NCBI RefSeq assembly: GCF_009914755.1
Contig: NC_060932.1
Reading direction: 5' to 3' (one strand)
Length of the DNA: 64,000 nucleotides
DNA from: the human T2T-CHM13v2.0 reference genome, Homo sapiens
Shown: in pieces, positions 56,377 to 64,000 of the stretch
Position numbering within the stretch: the first letter of the stretch is position 1
Layout: each line of letters begins with the position of its first letter
Notes under the pieces: generated by a model
What the model saw: only the letters and a program-made list of their open reading frames with translations
What the model was told of the DNA's origin: nothing
The model's database searches: none
Position numbers and translations under genes: made by a program

Positions 56377-59300
56377 TCTTTTTGTAGAATCTATGAAGGG
56401 ACATTTGAGAGCTCCTTGAGGTCTATGGTAAAAAACAAAACATCCCCAGATAAAAACTAGAAAAAAAGCTATCTGTGAAGCTGATTTTTGATGTGTGGAT
56501 TCACCAAACAGTGATAAACTGTTCTTTAGATTCAGCAGGTTGGAAAACTCTTTTTGTAGGATTGCATTGGGACATTTTTGAGAACATTGAGGCCTAAGGT
56601 GAAAAACTGAATGTTGTCTGATAAAAACTAGAAAGAAGCTATCTGTGAAACTGTTTTCTGATGTGTAGATTTATCTCACAGAGTTAGACCTTTCTGTTGA
56701 TTCAGCAGTTTGGAAACACTCTATTTGTAGAATCAGCACAGGGAAATTTAAGACCTCATTGAGGCCTACAGTAAAAAGCAGAATATTGCAAAGAGAAAAC
56801 TGGAAATAAGCAATCTGTGAAACCACTTTATGATGTATAGATACACCACACCCAGATAAGCCTTTCTTTTGGTTCAGCAGGTTGGAAACACTCTTTTTGT
56901 AGAAGCTGCCAAAAGACATATGAAAGCTCTTTGGGGCCATATTGAAATATAAAACATCCCCAGTTAAAAACTGGAAAGAAGCTTTCTGTGAAACTGCTTC
57001 GGGTTTTCTGGATTTATCTTACCAAGTTAAACTTTTATTTGGATTCAGCAGGTTGGAAACACTTTTTTTGTAAAATATGTGAAGGGACATTTGGAGCATA
57101 TTGAGACCTATGTTAAAAAAACGAATATTCCCTGATAAAAACTAGAAAGAAGCTATCTGTGAATCTGCTTTGTGATATGTGAATTCCTCTCACAGGGTTG
57201 AACGTTTCTTTTCTGTCAGCAGGTTGGGAGCATTCTTTTTGTAGAATCTGCAAAGGGACATTTGGGGGTCCTTTGGGGCCTATGATGAAATACCGAATAT
57301 TCCCAGATAAAAACTGGAAAGAATCTGTCTGTGAAATTGCTTTGTGGTGTGTGGATTCATCTCAGAGAGATAAACCTTTCTTTTAATACAGCAGGTTGGA
57401 AACACTCTTTTTGTAGTATCTGGAAATAATCATTTAGGAGGCCATTGTTGCCTATGTTGAAAAACTGAATATCCCCAGATAAAAACTAGAAAGACATTCT
57501 TTGTGGAACTGGTTTGTGATGTGTACATTCATCTCACAGAGGCAAAGAGGCCTAGGGTAAAATCCAAGTACCCCCAGAAAAAAACTAGAAAGAAGCTACC
57601 TGTGAAAGTGCTTTGTGATGTGTTGATTCGTCTCACAGAGTTAAACTTTTTTTTTGAATTAGCAGGCTAGAAACACTTTGTAAAATTTGTGAAGGGACAT
57701 TTGGGAGCCCATTGAGGACTATGGTGAAAAACAGAATATTCCCAGAAAAAAACTAGAAAGAAGCTGTCTTTGAAACTGCTTTGTGATGTGTGATTTCATC
57801 TCACAGAGATAAACCTTTCTTATGATTCAGAAGGTTGGAAACACTCCTTTTGAAGAATCAACAAAGGGACATTTAAGACCCAATTGACAACTATGGTGAA
57901 AAACTGAATATCATCAGACAGAAACTAGAAAGAAGCTATCTGTGAAACTGCTTTCTGATGTGTAGATTCATCTCACAAAATTACACCTTTCTTTGGATTC
58001 AGCAGTTTGGAAACATTTTTTTCATAGAATAAGCAAAAGACCATTTAAGACCCTGTTGAGGTCTATGGTGAAAATTTTAATATCGCCAGTCAAAAAGGAG
58101 AAGGAAGCTATCTGTGAAAATGTTTGCCAAAGTGTGGATTCATTTCACAGAGTTAAACCTTTCTTTTGATTCAGCAGGTTGGAAACACTCTTTTGGTAGA
58201 ATCTGCAATGGACAATTGGGAGCCAATTGTGGCCTATTGTGGAAAATGAAATATACCGAGATAAAAACTAGAAAAAAGCTATCTGTGAAACTGCTATGGG
58301 TTGCATGGATTTATCTCACAGCGATAAACCTTTCTTTTGATTCAGCAGGTTGGAAAAACTTTTTTGTAGAATCTGTGGAAAAACATTTGGGAGCCCATTG
58401 GGGCCTATGTTGAATTGCCATATATACCCATATAAAAACTAGAGAGAAACTATCTGTGAAACAGCTCTGCGATATGTGGATTTTTCTCAGAGATTTAAAA
58501 CTTTCTGTTGATTCATCAGGTTGGAAACACTGTTTTTGTAGAATCTCTGAAGGAATATTTGGGAGCCCATTGAGGTCTATGTTGACAAATGGAATGTCCC
58601 CAGATAAAAACTAGAAATGAGCTATCTGTGAAACTGCTTTGTGATATGTGGATTTGTCTCAAAGATTTAAACCTTTCTTTTGATTCAGCATGTTGGAAAC
58701 ACTCTGTTTGAAGAATCTGTGAAGAAACATTTGGGAGCCAACTGAGACCTATGGTGAAAAAATGAATATCCCTGGGTAACAAGAAAGAAGCTGTCTGTGA
58801 AACTTCTTTGTTATGTGGGGATTCATCTGACAGAGTTATAAATTTCCTTTGATTCAGCAGCTTGTAACACTGCTTTTGTAGAATCTGTGAAGGGACATTG
58901 TGAAGCCCATTGAGGCCTATGTTGAAAAAACAAATGTCACCAGATAAAAACTAGAAAGAAGCTATCTGTGAAACTGCTTTGTGATGTGTGGATACAACTC
59001 ACAGAGTTAAAGGTTTCTTTTGATTCAGCATGTTGGAAACATTCCGTATGTAGAATTTAAAAAGGACATTTAGGAGTCCCTTGAGGCCTATGGTGAAAAA
59101 CCAAATATCCCCAGATAAAAACTAGTAAGAAGTTATCTGTGAAACTGCTTTGTGATATCTGAATACATCTAACAGAGTTAAACCTTTCTTTTGTTACAGC
59201 AGGCTGGAAACACTCTTTCTGTAGAACCTGTGAAAATACATTTTGGAGCCCATAGAGGCCTAAGGTGAACAACAAAATATCCCCAAATAAAAATGAGAAA

Positions 59301-59540
59301 GAAGCTATGTGTGAAACTGCTTGGTGTTGTGTGGATTCATCTGAGAAAGTTTAACTTTATTTTTTATTCAGCAGGTTGGAAACACTATTTTTGCATATTC
59401 TGCAAAGACACATTTGAGAGCCAATTGAGGCCTGTGGTGAAACACAGAATATCCCAAAATACTAACTAAAAAAAAAAAAAAAAACCTGTCTCTGAAACTG
59501 CTTTGTGAGGTGTCGATTCAACACAGACATAAAACTTTCT
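56377..59540 (+). repeat. Monomeric alpha satellite (block 4)
   Basis: Resumes in register (tctttttgtagaatct) after the retrocopy; ~172-bp monomers. Confidence 0.97.
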
Positions 59541-60375
59541 CTTTTTTTTCACTTTCTTTTTTTTTTATACTTTAAGTTTTAGGGTACATGTGCACATTGT
59601 GCAGGTTAGTTACATATGTATACACGAGCCATGCTGGTGCGCTGCACCCACTAACTCATCATCTAGTATTAGGTATATCTCCCGATGCTATCCCTCCCCC
59701 CTCCCCCGACCCCACAACAGTCCCCAGAGTGTGATATTCCCCTTCCTGTGTCCATGTGATCTCATTGTTCAATTCCCACCTATGAGTGAGAATATGCGGT
59801 GTTTGGTTTTTTGTTCTTGTGATAGTTTACTGAGAATGATGATTTCCAATTTCATCCATGTCCCTACAAAGGACATGAACTCATCATTTTTTATGGCTGC
59901 ATAGTATTCCATGGTGTATATGTGCCACATTTTCTTAATCCAGTCTATCATTGTTGGACATTTGGGTTGGTTCCAAGTCTTTGCTATCGTGAATACTGCT
60001 GCAATAAACATACGTGTGCATGTGTCTTTATAGCAGCATGATTCATAGTCCTTTGGGTATATACCCAGTAATGGGATGGCTGTGTCAAATGGTATTTCTA
60101 GTTCTAGATCCCTGAGGAATCGCCACACTGACTTCCACAATGGTTGAACTAGTCTACAGTCCCACCAACAGTGTAAAAGTGTTCCTATTTCTCCACGTCC
60201 TCTCCAGCACCTGTTGTTTCCTGACTTTTTAATGATTGCCATTCTAACTGGTGTGAGATGGTATCTCATTGTGGTTTTGATTTGCATTTCTCTGATGGCC
60301 AGTGATGATGAGCATTTTTTCACGTGTTTTTTGGCTGCATAAATGTCTTCTTTTGAGAAGTGTCTGTTCATGTCC
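59541..60375 (-). mobile_element. 5'-truncated LINE-1, ~835 bp, L1PA2-like
   Basis: Minus ORF 59769-60377 is an uninterrupted ORF2p C-terminus ending RIFSLIGGN*. The 3'UTR has young-type motifs (gagatcacatgg, ggggaatatcac, gagttagtgggtgcagcgcacc) with GAG rather than the L1HS ACA/ACG. T-rich tail at 59541-59566; TSD aaactttct at 59532-59540 and 60376-60384. Confidence 0.96.
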
Positions 60376-63300
60376 AAACTTTCTTTTGATTCTGCACGTT
60401 GGAATCTCTGTTTCTGTAGAATCTACCAAGGAACATTTAGGAGCCCAATGAGGCCTATAGTGAAAAATCAAACATCCTCAGATAAAATCTAGAAAGAAGC
60501 TACGTTTGAAACTGTTTTTTAATGTGTGGATTCATCTCACATAGCTAATCCTATCTTTTGATTCAACAGGATGGAACACTCTTTTTGTAGAATTTGCAAA
60601 GGGACATTTGGAAGACTATTGAAGCCTATGTTAAAAAAACTGCATATTCCCAGATAAAAGCCAGGACAAATCTATCTGTGAAACTGCTTTTAATGTGTGG
60701 ATTCATCTCACAGAGCTAATCCTATCTTTTGATTCAACAGGATGGAACACTCTTTTTGTAGAATTTGCAAAGGGACATTTGGGCGACTATTGAGGCCTAT
60801 GTTAAAAAACTGAATATTCCCAGATAAAAGCAAGAACAAATCTATCTGTGAAACTGCTTTGTGATGTGAAAATTCATCTTACAGATTTAAACATTTCTTT
60901 TCATTCAGCAAGTTGGAAACCCTCTTATTGTAGAATGTGTGAGAGGAAATTTGCGAGTCCATTCAGGCCTATGGTGAAAAACTGATATCCCCAGATAAAC
61001 ACTAGAAAGAAGCTATCATTGAATTTTCTTTATGACATGTGAATTCCTCTCAGAGAGTCAAAACTCTCTTTTGATTCAGCAGGTTGGAAATATTCTTTTT
61101 GTAGAATCTGCAAAGGTATATTTGAAAGTCCGTTGTGGCCTACAGTAAAAAACCAAATATCCCCAGATAAAAACTCTAAAGAAGCTATCTGTGATACTGC
61201 TTTGTGATGTGTTGATTCATCACACAGAGTAAAAGCTTTTTTTTCATTCAACAGAATGGAAACAATCCTTTTGTAGTATCTGCGAAGGGACATTTTGGAG
61301 CCCATTAAGGCCTCTGGTGAAAAACCGAATATCTTCAGATAAAAATTAAAAAGATGTTTTCTGTGAAATTGCTTTGTGATGTTTGGGTTCATCTCACAGA
61401 GATAAATTCTTCTTAGATTCAGCAGGTTGGAAGCACTCTTTTAGCAGAATCAGCAAAGAAATATTTGAAAGAATATTGAAGACTATGGTGAAAAACTGAA
61501 TATCCCCAGTTAAAAACCAGAGGGAGCTATTTGTGAAACTGCTTCATGAAGTGTGGATGCATCTAACAGAGTTAAAACTTTCTTTTGTTCAGTAGGTTGA
61601 AAACATTCTTTTTTTTAGAATGTATGAAGGGACTTTTGGGAGCCCATTGAGGCCTATAGTAAAAAACAAAATATCCTCAGGCAAAAACTAGAAAGAAGCT
61701 ACCTGTAAAACTGCTTGGCATTCAGTGGATTCATCTCACAGAATTACACCTTTCTTTTGGTTCAGCAGGCTGGAAACACCCTTTTTGTAGAATCTGCTAA
61801 ATGATATTTGGGGGACATTTGAGGCCTATGGTTAGAAAACAGAATATCAACAAATAAAATATAAAATGGAGCTATCAGTGAAACTACTTTGTGATGCGCG
61901 GATTCATCTCACAGAGTTAAAGCTTTCTTTTGTTTCATGAGGTGAGAAACACTCTTTTTGTAGAATTGGTGAAGGGACATTTGAAATCCTATTGAGGCCT
62001 ATCATGAAAAAACAAATATCCTTACATGAAAACTAGAAACAATCTATTGGTGAAACTGCTTTGTGATGTGTAGATTCATTTCACAGAGTTAAACTTTTCT
62101 GTTGATTCAGCAGGTTGGAAACATTGTGTATGTATAATTTGTGAAGGGATATTTGGGAGACCATTGAAGCCTATGTTGAAAAACTGTATTTCCCCAGATA
62201 GAAACTAGAAAGATGTTATTTGGGAATTTGCTTTGTAATGTGTGGATTCATCTCACAGACTAAAACTTTCCTTTTGATTCAGCAAGTTAGAAACATTCTT
62301 TGCAGAATCTACAAAGGGACATTTGGGAGCTCACTGAGTCCTATGGTGAAACACCAAATATCCCCAGATAGAAAATGGAAAGTAACTATCTGTAAAACTG
62401 CTTAGTGATATGTGGATTCATCTTACAAATTTCAACTTTTCTTTTGATTCAGCAGCTTGAAAACACTCTTTTGTGGGTCCTGCAAAGGGGCATTTTGGAT
62501 CCCATTGAGGTCTATTTTGAAAAAACGAATATTCTCAGATAAAACTAGAAAGAAGCCATCTGTGAAAATGCATAGTGATGTGTGGATTCATCTTGTAGAG
62601 CTAAACCTTTCTTTTGAATTAACAGGTTTGAAACACACATTTTGCAGAATCTTCAAAAAGACAATTGGGAGCCCCTTGATGTCTATGGTGAAAAAACAAA
62701 TATTCCAAGAGAAAAACTAGAAGGAAGCTCTCTGTGAAATGGCTTAGTGATGTGTGGATTCATTTCACAGAGTTACACCTTTCCCTTGATTCAGCAGGTG
62801 GGAACACTCTTTTTGTAGAATATGTGAAGGGACATTTTGGAGCCCATTGAGGCCTATGGTGACAAACAGAATATCCTCAGATAAAAACTAGAAAGAAGTG
62901 ATCTGTGAAACGGCTTTGTGATATGTGGATGCAGCTCAAAGAGCTAAACCTTTCCTTTGATTCAACAGCTTGGAAACTCTCTTTTTCTAGAATCTGCAAA
63001 AGGAGGTTGGGAATCTCATTTAGGCCTACAGTGAAAAATGGAATATAACCAGATAAAAACTGGGAAGAAACTATCCGTGAAACTGTCTTGTGATATGTGC
63101 ATTCATCTCATGGAGTTAAACCTTTCCTTTGATTTAGCAGGTTGGAAACATTCTTTTTGTACAATCTGTGAAGGAACATTTGGGACCCCATGAAAGCCTA
63201 GGGTGAAAAACCAAATATCCCCAAATAAAAGCTAGAAAGATGCTGTGTGTGAAACTGCTTTGTGATGTGTGGGTTCACCTCACAGAGTGAAACATTCCTT

Positions 63301-64000
63301 TTCATTCATTACGTTGGAAATACTCTTTTTGTAGAATCTGTGACAGGACATTTGGATGCCAATTAAGGCCTATAATGAAAAACCAAACAACCCCAGATCA
63401 AAATTAGAAAGCATCTATCTGTGAGACTGCTTTCTAATGTGTGCATTTATTTCTGAGAGTTAAACTTTTTTTTGGATTCAGTAGGATGGAAACTCTCTTT
63501 TTGTAGAATCTGTGAAGGAACATTTGAGAGCTTATTGAGGCCTATGGTTTAAAACCAAACATCCCCAGATACAAACTAGATAGAAGCTATCTGTGAAACT
63601 CTTTTGTGTGTATTTATTTATTTTACAGGGTTCAACATTTCTTTTGATTCCACAGGTGGGGAAACTCTCTTTTTGTGGAATCTGCAAAGGGACATTTGGG
63701 AGCCAATTGAGGCCTATGGTGAAAAACTTAAAATCCCCAGATAAAAACTAGAAAGAATGTATCTGTGAAACTTCTTTGGGTTGTGTGGGTTCATCTCTAA
63801 GAGTTAAACTTTTCTATTGATTCAGCAGGTTGGATACACTCTTTTTGTACAATCTGTAAAGGACATTTGGGACCCATTGAAGCCTGTAGTGAAAAACCAA
63901 GTATGCCCAGATAGAAACTAGAAAGAAGTTATCTGTGAAACTGGTTTGTGATTTGTTGATTCATCTTACAGGCTTAAACCTTTCTTTTGATTGAGAAATT
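60376..64000 (+). repeat. Monomeric alpha satellite (block 5)
   Basis: ~172-bp divergent monomers running to the end of the window. Confidence 0.97.
60517..60860 (+). repeat. Single-monomer tandem duplication
   Basis: Two adjacent monomers (offset 171) share private variants (gctaatcctatcttttgattcaacaggatggaacac; acaaatctatctgtg), with about 8 differences. Confidence 0.9.

Noticed and set aside
59468-59484. Long A run as a possible orphan retrotransposon tail
   Set aside because: It replaces the consensus tagaaagaag in register with no TSD, so it is a homopolymer expansion; similar runs occur near 6415, 17845, 46216 and 53379.

Overview
This is primate (great-ape or human-like) pericentromeric DNA with no intact protein-coding gene. 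About 90% is one single-orientation array of divergent monomeric alpha satellite with a ~172-bp unit; I saw no CENP-B boxes, and it resembles an ancient 'dead' layer. Four retrotransposition events interrupt it. (1) 3387-4661: an L1PA2/3 3' end with unique flanking DNA, best explained as a 3' transduction inverted by twin priming. (2) 24627-27191: a 5'-truncated L1PA3/4-like element on +. (3) 54521-56376: a 5'-truncated processed pseudogene of CDCA7L on -, whose 3'UTR carries the antisense DNAH11 last exon and an Alu. (4) 59541-60375: a 5'-truncated L1PA2 on -. The satellite holds an apparently perfect 3959-bp (23-monomer) tandem duplication, a decayed ~4-monomer cassette repeated about six times at 10-19 kb, and smaller duplications and deletions. 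I found no evidence of a new protein-based system; the notable signals are structural and evolutionary. Gene and subfamily calls come from recalled sequence, not database searches.
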